From an uncultured Opitutales bacterium (lineage in GTDB: Bacteria; Verrucomicrobiota; Verrucomicrobiia; Opitutales; JABDGR01), in the NCBI GenBank assembly GCA_964562015.1, contig CAZLRH010000009.1, positions 83,557 through 147,556 of the forward strand: a stretch of 64,000 nt of DNA, given 5' to 3'. Positions within the stretch are counted from its first letter, which is position 1. Every line of letters begins with the position of its first letter. The position numbers were made by a program, and so were the translations under genes. Below are positions 8,175 through 16,837 of this stretch, piece after piece. The notes under the pieces are model-generated. The model saw only the letters and a list, made by a program, of their open reading frames with translations. It was not told the origin of the DNA and did no database searches.

Positions 8175-9287
8175 ATGAGCTTTGTTTTTTGGCGTCGCCT
8201 ATTGCTCAACATTGCCCTCAGTGGAGGTGCGCTGGCCGCGCTCTCGCCTGGGGTTAGGGCAGTCGTTTCCTACACCCTGACGGATTTGGGGTCGTTGGAC
8301 AATTCCTCGAACCTCTATTCCAGTTTTGCTACTGGCATTAATGCGTCGGGCGAGGTGTCGGGTTATTCCTACACCTCGGTGAGTGCTGGAAGTCACGCCT
8401 TTCTCTATTCCGGCGGCGTGATGTCCGATATCGGCGGGGGGAATAGTGTCGCCAATGGCATCAACGATTCCGGTCAAGTCGTCGGCTACATCACGGGCAT
8501 AGATGGGTTTCATCATGCTTTTCTCTATTCCGCTGGCAATTTAACTGACCTCAGTCCGCAAGTCGGGGTCGACACGATCGCTTATGCCATCAACAACAGC
8601 GGCCAAGTCGTTGGCAAAGGCCCGACTTTTTCCAATTCCTTTTTTTATTCCGGCGGGGTCGGGACTCTCTTCAATACGCTGGGGGCCGCGCGCGCCCTTA
8701 ACGATTCTGGAAATTTCGCCGGCGGGGGCGCCAATTTTGCCTATGTGGTCAATAGTGGAATAATGACGAATTTCGGCACCCTGGCGGGCGGAGGGCCCGC
8801 CCATGGTTACGGCATGAATAATCAAGGCGACGTGGTGGGTGCTGCGGATTTCAGCTTTCCGAGCGCCTACGACTTGATCGTGTATCACAATGGGACGCTT
8901 TTGGATCTGGGCCGCGCTGCTCCCACGGCCGATACCTATGGTTATGATATAAATGCCACGGGCCAAATTGTCGGCGAGTACAGATACACTTCGATGAGCG
9001 GTTTGGTTGACCAAGGTTTCCTTTATGAGAATGGGTCGTTCACCGACATGGATAGCTTACCCATTATCAATCTTGGGACCTGGCACGACATTTTCGCGAC
9101 AGCCATCAATGACAACGGCCAGATCGCGGGCTGGGGTACGGACGGAACCGGACGGACCCATGCCCTCCTTATTTCGCCGGTGCCTGAACCGGCGGCGTTT
9201 GCCTTTGGGGTAACGCTGACGGCCGGGCTGGTTGCATTGAGCAGACGGTATTATTCTCGCGCGGTGACCCGGCGGACTAGTCGTTGA
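8175..9287 (+). CDS. PEP-CTERM surface protein with HAF-type extracellular repeats
   Basis: Signal peptide, repeats such as AxxINxSGxVxG..HAFLYSGGxMxD(L)G, and a C-terminal VPEP motif followed by a TM helix and an Arg-rich tail. Confidence 0.88.
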   Translation: MSFVFWRRLLLNIALSGGALAALSPGVRAVVSYTLTDLGSLDNSSNLYSSFATGINASGEVSGYSYTSVSAGSHAFLYSGGVMSDIGGGNSVANGINDSGQVVGYITGIDGFHHAFLYSAGNLTDLSPQVGVDTIAYAINNSGQVVGKGPTFSNSFFYSGGVGTLFNTLGAARALNDSGNFAGGGANFAYVVNSGIMTNFGTLAGGGPAHGYGMNNQGDVVGAADFSFPSAYDLIVYHNGTLLDLGRAAPTADTYGYDINATGQIVGEYRYTSMSGLVDQGFLYENGSFTDMDSLPIINLGTWHDIFATAINDNGQIAGWGTDGTGRTHALLISPVPEPAAFAFGVTLTAGLVALSRRYYSRAVTRRTSR

Positions 9288-9356
9288 TTTTAGGTGGACG
9301 CTGTTTCGCAAAGAATCTATTTTAAGGCTAGACGGTCCATAAACAGGAAACATGTC

Positions 9357-10346
9357 ATGCCGGCCTTGATTCGCAATGAACTCGTGGAGTCCCTGGTGGG
9401 CCGGCTGTTTGCGGCCTACCGCATCACCGACGTGGAGCAGGTGGCCGCGGCCATGGCCGCATTGATTGAGGGCCGCATCAAAAGCATTACCGCGCGCACG
9501 CCGTGGAATCGGCGCAAGGCCGCCGAACTAACGGACGTGGCGGACCGGTTTGTCCTCGCGCTGGACCAGCGCCTGGCGAAGGAAGGCCCAGCGCACCGCG
9601 CGCTCCTGCTGCCGCGGCGCAAGGCCTTGTCCGCGCAGCAATTTTACCTGAGCGAATGGGCCGCCGGCGGAAACTACGCGCAGGGTCGTTGGCTCGACGC
9701 CGGCCAGTGGGCCGCGCATTTCAGCACCGTGCGCATGACGGTGCCGTTGTTGCTGATCCTCGCCTTTTTTGTCGTGGTGGAATTGGGCGGTGGGCGCCTG
9801 AGGCCGGAATTTTTCTGGGCGGATGTGCTGCTCTGGCTGCTGGCGTGGGGGTTTATGGAAATGTATACATTTCAAACTTTCAAAATGGTTTTCCAGCAAC
9901 GCCGGTTTGACGCGCTGCTGCGGGGAGATCTCGCGCGCTTTGTGGAATGCCAGCGGCAGATTGCCTCTGAGGACGGACCGTGGTTCGCGCTGAATCGGGA
10001 ATTTCCCATCTGGTGCGTGCGCGGGCTCGCGGTGCTGGCCCTGTTGTTTCTATTGCTAAAGGGTGACCCGCTGAACGGGCTCGCTGCCAGCGAATCCGCG
10101 ACCTTGGCCGCCGCCCTGGCCGCCCAAGACACCACTTTGCAACGCCATGGTGAGGCGGTTGCTGAACTCACCGCCAAACTGGACGACCTCGCCGCTGATT
10201 TGCCGGCCGAGGCGGTGCCGGATGACGATTTCCCCGCCTACGATTTTGCAAGCTACGGCGTCGCAGTCCCGAACATGCGCGTTGTCGCTGGTGGCAGTTC
10301 GGGTGGGAGTTATACCATTGGACGTGTGACCGTGACCGTGCGGTAG
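9357..10346 (+). CDS. Hypothetical membrane protein (about 3 TM segments)
   Basis: Long ORF with hydrophobic stretches (VPLLLILAFFVVV, VLLWLLAWGFM, LAVLALLFLLL). No family recognised. Confidence 0.6.
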   Translation: MPALIRNELVESLVGRLFAAYRITDVEQVAAAMAALIEGRIKSITARTPWNRRKAAELTDVADRFVLALDQRLAKEGPAHRALLLPRRKALSAQQFYLSEWAAGGNYAQGRWLDAGQWAAHFSTVRMTVPLLLILAFFVVVELGGGRLRPEFFWADVLLWLLAWGFMEMYTFQTFKMVFQQRRFDALLRGDLARFVECQRQIASEDGPWFALNREFPIWCVRGLAVLALLFLLLKGDPLNGLAASESATLAAALAAQDTTLQRHGEAVAELTAKLDDLAADLPAEAVPDDDFPAYDFASYGVAVPNMRVVAGGSSGGSYTIGRVTVTVR

Positions 10347-10406
10347 GGTGGGCGCAAGGGTTCGTCCACGGATTGATTTTAGACCTAATCTAAATCGGCC
10401 AGCCCT

Positions 10407-12341
10407 TCACTGGCCGATATTCGCATGGCCCAAGATTTGTTTTTTTGCGTCGTCGGACAAACTCGTCTGATTCAGCCAGCTTGTCGCTGCCGTTGGATCA
10501 GTTCTCGTCCAATCGCGAATGACCCGGTCAATGGTGTTGGTCCGTGTCTGTTCATCGGTAAGAGACTCGGCCCAAGGCGCTGCCGCCGCTGGATTTATCG
10601 GGGACAGCACACTGACATAAGCTCTGACCGCGTTCTGTTGGGCAAAACTGGGCGGCAATGTTTTGAGCCATTCCTCAGCGGCGGCAGGGTCGGCATCCAC
10701 CCATTTGTGCATAACTCCCAGCGCGGGGCCAAATTGATTTTGGCCGGCATTGGGCAGCGTGGCGATAAAGCCCATCGCCTGGGTTGGTTCCATCACTGGG
10801 AGGATCCCGGTCATAGCCGCGGATTTGTCGGAGTCGTTTGGCAACGCATTGGCCCAATTAAACGCCGCCTGGGCGTCGGATTTGCTCAGAGTGGCACCAA
10901 GCGACATCAGTGACATCGTACGTTGGTCGCCCGCCGGCAGCGCAAGTGTTTGTTTAATCGCCGCATGGGGGTCCTTTTTCGCCCAGCTGGCCATGAGGGA
11001 GGCCAAAGTTACGGGCGACGCATCCGGCCCGGCTAATTGCACCGCAACTTCCGGGTTGGTCTGGGCCAAGATATCCAAGAATTGCGACATCATCTCGTCG
11101 CGAGCCGAGCCGTGTGGAAGCTGCTGCACCCAGGCCCAGGCTGTGCTTGGATCTTTTTGCGCCCATGCTTCAAGAATCTGGCGCACTGCGATTTGGCGGG
11201 CCCGGGTTCCTTCAATTGTTTGTGCATATGCAAGTGCGGCGGCCGGGTCTGTGCGCACCCAGCGGTCGAGGATTTCCCTCATCAACAAGTCGCGTTCGGA
11301 GCCGCCTTCATGGTCGGCGTAGGCCAGCGCCGCGGCCATGCTTTGATTATCCAGCTGGTCGAGGAATTGGTAGAAAGCCTGCTTCGATGCGTCCGAATAC
11401 GCGCCGCTTTTCATCTCCACAATGACTTCCGCCAGCGCCGCCTGAATTTCGTCGAGGTTGGATGCCTCGGCGACCGATGCACTTTGTCCCATGGATGCGG
11501 ATGGCGCCGACCGGGGCCCGAGCTTCTTGACGGTGGAATTCCGCTCGTCGAGCCGCGCCTGCAGTTGGGCAATCTCGCGGTTTTGGGAAACGATGAAGGC
11601 GGCGGCCGAGACGGCCACGGCGGCGACAAGGATGGTTTTGATTTTCATGGTCATAAAAAAGATTTTCCAAACGGCGTGCGCCAATCCGCCCGCGCTTGTC
11701 GAGCCGGCCAAGGAGGCGCCTGTAACCTTGGCCGTTAAACCGGCCGGCAAGGGCGTGGCAGCCTGAACGGTAATCGCTGTGGCCAGGAGAGCCCCCGTGG
11801 TCGTCACGCCCTGCCGGGCGAAATGCCGGCGCATTTTTTCCAAGGCGCGTTCAACTCGCTTGTTTACCGTATTTTCATCCAGATGGAGAATCGCGGCCAC
11901 TTCGCGGTAGCTTTTGCCTTGGAAAAAGCGCAAAAGCACGGCATCGCGATCAGTTTCTCCGAGTTGGCCCACCGCCTCATCCAGAACGGGCCGCAGTTGT
12001 TCCAAACTTATTTCCTGAACTGGGTTGGGTTCATGCATGGCGACAGCTTTTTGTTCACGCACCTGGCGGCGCCATTGGCTACGCAGCGTTTTATGGGAGA
12101 GATAACGCGTGCTGGTGTGCAGCCATCCCGCCAAAGTTTCATGCCCGGACAACACACGGGCCTTCCGTGCCAAGTCGGTGAACACTCCTTGCGCTACGTC
12201 TTCGGCCAGATGAGCGTCACCAGCCAACAGACGGAAGGCGGTGCTGTAGACCAGGCGCAGGTAGCGTTGCACCACTTCGGCAAAGGCGGCCTCGTCGCCG
12301 GTTTCGGCATACTCGCGCAAGAGCTCGTGGTCTGGAGTCAT
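10407..12341 (-). CDS. ECF sigma-70 factor fused to a TM helix and W-DP helical repeats
   Basis: MTPDHELLREY..AFAEVVQRYLRLVYSTAFR..LAEDVAQGVF and sigma4 (RDAVLLRFFQGKSYREVA..KRVERALEKMRR). TM at about aa 236-252, then about 9-10 W-x3-DP-xAAxxW repeats. Confidence 0.88.
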   Translation of the reverse strand: MTPDHELLREYAETGDEAAFAEVVQRYLRLVYSTAFRLLAGDAHLAEDVAQGVFTDLARKARVLSGHETLAGWLHTSTRYLSHKTLRSQWRRQVREQKAVAMHEPNPVQEISLEQLRPVLDEAVGQLGETDRDAVLLRFFQGKSYREVAAILHLDENTVNKRVERALEKMRRHFARQGVTTTGALLATAITVQAATPLPAGLTAKVTGASLAGSTSAGGLAHAVWKIFFMTMKIKTILVAAVAVSAAAFIVSQNREIAQLQARLDERNSTVKKLGPRSAPSASMGQSASVAEASNLDEIQAALAEVIVEMKSGAYSDASKQAFYQFLDQLDNQSMAAALAYADHEGGSERDLLMREILDRWVRTDPAAALAYAQTIEGTRARQIAVRQILEAWAQKDPSTAWAWVQQLPHGSARDEMMSQFLDILAQTNPEVAVQLAGPDASPVTLASLMASWAKKDPHAAIKQTLALPAGDQRTMSLMSLGATLSKSDAQAAFNWANALPNDSDKSAAMTGILPVMEPTQAMGFIATLPNAGQNQFGPALGVMHKWVDADPAAAEEWLKTLPPSFAQQNAVRAYVSVLSPINPAAAAPWAESLTDEQTRTNTIDRVIRDWTRTDPTAATSWLNQTSLSDDAKKQILGHANIGQ

Positions 12342-12350
12342 TTGGTGTTT

Positions 12351-12384
12351 TCATAGTAACACCCGCAGGCACGGAAAACTGACA
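12351..12384 (-). promoter_or_regulatory. Putative ECF-type promoter of the 10407-12341 gene
   Basis: Coding strand TGTC-N14-GCGGG-TGTTACTATGA, 43 nt before the ATG. Confidence 0.55.
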
Positions 12385-12701
12385 ATAAAGTTCAGGTTTG
12401 GATCGATAATCGCCGCACGGACCTGGACTACGGTGGTGCCGTCGTTTACGCCTGATGAAGCCCGCTGACTTCAACAAGGCGGGGATGGTCGTCGCTATCC
12501 ACTTGCTGAAATTTGCGGCTAAAAGGTGCTCCAACCCCGCCCTTAGGCCCGCCGAAAGATTGCAATTCCACGCTTGATGACCGCCGGGGGATGCCTCACT
12601 CTGGTCGGAAACCCGGAGCGATTCAGACCGAAGAGGGGGCATTTGTACTGCAACCCTGCCACTGAAGAGTGACGGCCCAGCGGCCCCCCAAAGCAGATTA
12701 C

Positions 12702-14672
12702 ATGACGGACCAAGACACCTCCGCGCCCTTGCCGGCGCCGGAACCCACCGGTTCCCACGACCCGAGTCAGGCCAGCCTTGACTTGAGCGTGCTCAAAAAC
12801 ATTTCGTTTGGCCCGGACTGGAGCGCAACGCCCAGCACGGAAGCCCTCGTCCGCAAAGTCGGCGGCCGGGGCGGCCGGGACGACGGCCGCGACCGTGGCG
12901 GCCCGCCCGGAGGCCGTGATGGTCCGCCCCGGCGCGACCGTCGGCCCGCCCGCCCGCCCGCGGGTCCCGGTGGCGGCTTCGAAAATCGCGCCCGTCCGGC
13001 GGGCGACAACGGCCCCGGCTTCTCCGGCCCGCCCATGGATCGTGGCGGCGACCGCGGTGGTCCCCGTTTTGATCGCGGCATGCGCCAGGATGGCCCCCGT
13101 GGCCGGCGCGATACGCCTCCGCCGTTCCAGCCCACGCTCAGCGTGCTGTTTTACCCGGACGACAATGCCTTTCGCGCGCTGACCAAGGCCATCCGCACCT
13201 CCTGCCGCACTTATGAATTGTTCGAGGTGGCCCATCTCATTTTGGGCAAACCGGAGCGTTTTGTGGTTGTGCTCCAGCCGCCGCCCGACCGCGACGGCAA
13301 GCCCGGGCAGGTTTTTATCGCCCAGCCCGATCACCTGCCGTTCGAGACCGAGGAAGATGCCGTCAACCACGTCTTTGACCAACACCTCGAAAAATTCTGC
13401 GACACCGAGACCGTGGACGTGGAACCGCCCAAGGGCAATTTCGTGGGCATCAGCAAATGCGGCCTCACGGGAGAATTGATCGGGCCGCCGAATTACCACC
13501 GCTATCCCCAGTTGCTCCGCGAGCACCATGCGCGCCGCCTGGGCCGCACGCCCTACGAACGCTTTGCCTCGCGGGTGGAATTGGTGAAGGAGCCCGAGGC
13601 CATCGCCGCCTGGCTCGAAAAGATGAAAAAGGCCACGCGCTACAAGCTCAAGGAGCCCATCGCCGGCGCGCCGGAGTTTTTTGAAACCGTGGACGCCGCC
13701 CGCCAGTTTTTGCTCCAGCATAAGAAGGACCTCATCGTGCGGGCGCTGGAGACGGCGCGTTACCCCGGCAAGATGATGGACCAGTTTCCGCAGGGCGACA
13801 TCCGCCGTTCCGTGGAGGCCGTGCTCGACCAGCAGCGGCGCTTCCCGCTCGACACCGCGAACAATTTGCGCGGCCGGTTGCGGCGCATGAAGTTCAATTT
13901 GTATAAGAAGGGCTCGAAGGGCGTTTCGTACGTGTGCGCCGTCAAGCGCCGCTTCCGCGATCCGCAAACCGTGCTGGCCGACCACGTGAACAAGTTGATC
14001 TCGTTCCTGGAACAGCACCCGATGATCGTGGTTTCCCGCCTGGCGCACGAATTTTTGGGTTTGCCCCTGCCGCCCACGCCGGTGGCGGCGGCTCCCGCTG
14101 CGATCGCGGCGGTGCCTGCGCCGGTCGCGGAAGTTCCCGCGCCCGTGGCCGAGGCTCCGGTGGCGACATCGGGAGAAACGCCTGCGCCGGTCGCGCCCGA
14201 AACGGCGGCTGCGCCGGTGGGCGAAAATGGTACGGCTCCGGTCGCTGCCACAGAAGCGCCGAAGAGCGAACCCGCTCCCGCCGTGCCTGCCGCGTCGCAT
14301 CTCTCTCCCGAACAACAGCAGCAATTCCGCGAATTGGTTATTAATGTGAAGTGGCTGGTGAGTTCGGGCTACGTCGTCGAGTACGGCGACGGCAAATTGT
14401 TTGCGCTGCCCGTCGTGGAACCGCCGAAGGTCAAGGCCGCCGAGGGCGGTGCCACGCCTGCGACTGGCGAAGAATCCGACGAACTCGGCGAAACCGAGGA
14501 CACCGACGAAGGTGAAGCCGCGCTCTTGTCCGGCGAAGCCCCGGAGATTCCCGGCGGCGACGAAGCGGGGCCGTTGCTCGGCACGCCCGTGGGCGAGCCT
14601 GCGGCAACGTCCGCTGCCGCCGTCGAGCCGCCGGTCGCGACGCCTGCGTCCGAATCGTCCCCCAGCGCTTAG
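12702..14672 (+). CDS. Hypothetical protein with an RGG/Pro-rich N-terminus, a globular core and an acidic Ala/Pro-rich C-terminus
   Basis: Strong GC-biased coding pattern. Core at about aa 140-460 is non-repetitive (CGLTGELIGPPNYHRYP, LRGRLRRMKFNLYKKG). Function not recognised. Confidence 0.75.
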   Translation: MTDQDTSAPLPAPEPTGSHDPSQASLDLSVLKNISFGPDWSATPSTEALVRKVGGRGGRDDGRDRGGPPGGRDGPPRRDRRPARPPAGPGGGFENRARPAGDNGPGFSGPPMDRGGDRGGPRFDRGMRQDGPRGRRDTPPPFQPTLSVLFYPDDNAFRALTKAIRTSCRTYELFEVAHLILGKPERFVVVLQPPPDRDGKPGQVFIAQPDHLPFETEEDAVNHVFDQHLEKFCDTETVDVEPPKGNFVGISKCGLTGELIGPPNYHRYPQLLREHHARRLGRTPYERFASRVELVKEPEAIAAWLEKMKKATRYKLKEPIAGAPEFFETVDAARQFLLQHKKDLIVRALETARYPGKMMDQFPQGDIRRSVEAVLDQQRRFPLDTANNLRGRLRRMKFNLYKKGSKGVSYVCAVKRRFRDPQTVLADHVNKLISFLEQHPMIVVSRLAHEFLGLPLPPTPVAAAPAAIAAVPAPVAEVPAPVAEAPVATSGETPAPVAPETAAAPVGENGTAPVAATEAPKSEPAPAVPAASHLSPEQQQQFRELVINVKWLVSSGYVVEYGDGKLFALPVVEPPKVKAAEGGATPATGEESDELGETEDTDEGEAALLSGEAPEIPGGDEAGPLLGTPVGEPAATSAAAVEPPVATPASESSPSA

Positions 14673-15835
14673 TTTTTGGTTGGTGCGTTCGGTTGGACCG
14701 TGGTCACCGCTGGCGGCGAAGTCACGCCCGGCAGCAAGCCCGCGTGCACGAGGCCGTCGAGCAAGACTTCCGCATGAATTTGCTGCCCGAGCACCGAGGG
14801 GTGGGGATCTTGCTCCGAAAGCGTGAGGGGCGGATGCCGGGCATCGGCCAGGTGCAGGCGCGCCGCTTCCTCATCGAGCCGCGTTTCCGCATCGAAACAC
14901 GGGATTTTCAATTCGTCGCAGAGGTCGCGGAGTTGCCGCGGCAGACGGTACGAACCAAAAACCACCAGGCGAAATCCGTCCGTTTGCGCGAGATTTTGCA
15001 AAGTGCGAATGCCACCGAGGACCGCCGGCCAGCCGACCAAGGCGCGATACTCCGGCGGCACCTGCTCCGGATCGCCGACGAAACCGGCGGAGTTTTCCGC
15101 ATGCGGGGCCTCTTCGAGAAACGGGTCCGCAAAACGCGGCCGCCCGCGCACGACATTTTCCGCAAATTCCCACAAGAGTGAACGGCCCGGCGACCACGGG
15201 CTGCGCGGCGCGAGGAGGAAATTCGGCAGCGTCAAATCGTTGCCGATGAAATGCACGATCACCACATCCGGTTTCCACGCGCGCCAGCGGTTCTCGAAGG
15301 CCGCCGCTTCCATCGCGGTGTTGTAGCCCGGCACGGCGGTGTTGACGGTTTCCCACCGGGTCGCCGGATAAGCCGCGTTGAGCGTAGCCGCGGTGCGCGC
15401 AAGGTACGTCTCGTCGTTACCCACGCCCCAACCGAACATCACCGAATCCCCCAACCCCAGGATGCGAAAGTCGCCGGGGCTGCGCGGGCGGGGTACCAAG
15501 GCGCCGCGATAACCATCGGCGTTGATAGTCACGTTCGCGTTTTGAAAAATCACCTGCTGGTTCGGAATGAATTCAAAAATCACCCGCGCGTCCGCGCTCG
15601 CGCGCAGCATCTGGCCGAGCTTCACCGTGGCGCCCGGCGGCGGGGGCGCGACATCCGCATGGCCAAGGTTGGCGAGCGCGGCCGTTTCGCGGCGGTTGGC
15701 CAGCCAGGCCACGACGCGCAACCCGAATTCCGCCACCAGCAGCGTCAGCAACACCGTGCCCAGCGCCAGCGCGAGCAGGGCTTTCCGGGAGGCGGCGCGC
15801 GGCGCGCGGCCGGGAGTGGCGGACGGGATGGGCAT
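14669..15835 (-). CDS. SGNH/GDSL hydrolase family protein with an N-terminal TM anchor
   Basis: Block I LGDSVMFGWG, block II NTAVPGYNT, block III GND, block V DPHPS; LLVAEFGLR anchor. Confidence 0.85.
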   Translation of the reverse strand: MPIPSATPGRAPRAASRKALLALALGTVLLTLLVAEFGLRVVAWLANRRETAALANLGHADVAPPPPGATVKLGQMLRASADARVIFEFIPNQQVIFQNANVTINADGYRGALVPRPRSPGDFRILGLGDSVMFGWGVGNDETYLARTAATLNAAYPATRWETVNTAVPGYNTAMEAAAFENRWRAWKPDVVIVHFIGNDLTLPNFLLAPRSPWSPGRSLLWEFAENVVRGRPRFADPFLEEAPHAENSAGFVGDPEQVPPEYRALVGWPAVLGGIRTLQNLAQTDGFRLVVFGSYRLPRQLRDLCDELKIPCFDAETRLDEEAARLHLADARHPPLTLSEQDPHPSVLGQQIHAEVLLDGLVHAGLLPGVTSPPAVTTVQPNAPTKN

Positions 15836-15900
15836 GGGTCGAAAATACATCAAACTCAAAACTCGAAACGGCGCGAGATTTGGTTTAGCGTCACCGCCCG

Positions 15901-16833
15901 ATGACTGACCCTTGGGAATTGCTCAAGCTCGTGGCCGACCCGACGCGCCTGCGCCTCGCGTGCCTGCTCGCGCGGGAGGAATTGTCGGTCGCCGAGTTGC
16001 AGGAAATTCTCGGCATGGGCCAGTCGCGCATTTCCTCGCACCTTGCGCTGCTGCGACAGGGCGGCTTGGTGACTGATCGCAAGGAGGGCAAAAAGACTTT
16101 CTACATCTGCAATCCGGAATTGCCTGAGGCGCAGCGCCACCTCGTCGAGGCCGCCGCGCACTCCGTGGCCGACCGGCCCGCCGTCAAGGACGACCGCGCG
16201 AATTTGCAGCGCATTCTGGATAAGCGCCGCCGCCGGGCCGAGGAATATTTTAATACCGTCGCGGGCCGCCTGGGAAAAAATTACTGCCCCGGCCGCTCGT
16301 GGGAAGCCCTCGGCCATTTACTGCTCCGGCTCACGCCAACCATCCGTATTGCTGACCTCGGCGCGGGCGAGGGCGTGCTCTCGCAATTGCTCGCGCGGCA
16401 GGCGGAGTTCGTCCACTGCATCGACAACTCGGAAAAAATGGTCGAGTTCGGCAGCGAACTGGCGCGCCGCCACGGCATCGCGAATCTGGAATACAAGCTC
16501 GGCGACATCGAAAATGTCCCGCTCCCGGCAGCCAGCGTGCACCTCGCGCTTTTGAGCCAGGCGCTCCACCATGCCGAGCATCCGCCGCAGGCGCTGGCTG
16601 AGGCTTACCGCATTTTAAAACCCGGTGGTAAAGTCCTCGTCCTCGACCTCAAGGAGCACACGTTCGAAAAAGCCCGCGAACTTTACGCCGACCGCTGGCT
16701 CGGCTTTACGGAAAACACCCTCTATCAATGGCTGCGCAAAGCCGGCTTTGCCCAAGTGGAAGTAGAAATCGTCGCCCGCGAGGAAAAAGAACCGCACTTC
16801 GAGACCCTGCTGGCCAGCGGGGTGAAGAAGTAG
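15901..16833 (+). CDS. ArsR-family HTH regulator fused to a class I SAM-dependent methyltransferase domain (SahR-like)
   Basis: ADPTRLRLACLL..ELSVAELQEILGMGQSRISSHLALLRQGGLV; IADLGAGEG motif I; QALHHA; LKPGGKVLVLDL. Confidence 0.9.
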   Translation: MTDPWELLKLVADPTRLRLACLLAREELSVAELQEILGMGQSRISSHLALLRQGGLVTDRKEGKKTFYICNPELPEAQRHLVEAAAHSVADRPAVKDDRANLQRILDKRRRRAEEYFNTVAGRLGKNYCPGRSWEALGHLLLRLTPTIRIADLGAGEGVLSQLLARQAEFVHCIDNSEKMVEFGSELARRHGIANLEYKLGDIENVPLPAASVHLALLSQALHHAEHPPQALAEAYRILKPGGKVLVLDLKEHTFEKARELYADRWLGFTENTLYQWLRKAGFAQVEVEIVAREEKEPHFETLLASGVKK

Positions 16834-16837
16834 CGTT

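Noticed and set aside
12640-12690. Cobalamin riboswitch (GCCACTG present)
   Set aside because: The partner GGGAAG B12-box and the upstream AGGGAA/CCCGCAACTGT elements are missing, and the downstream gene is not B12-related.
15841-15900. SahR operator upstream of the ArsR-methyltransferase gene
   Set aside because: Only a weak ATCAAA..TTTGGT symmetry; not enough to call.
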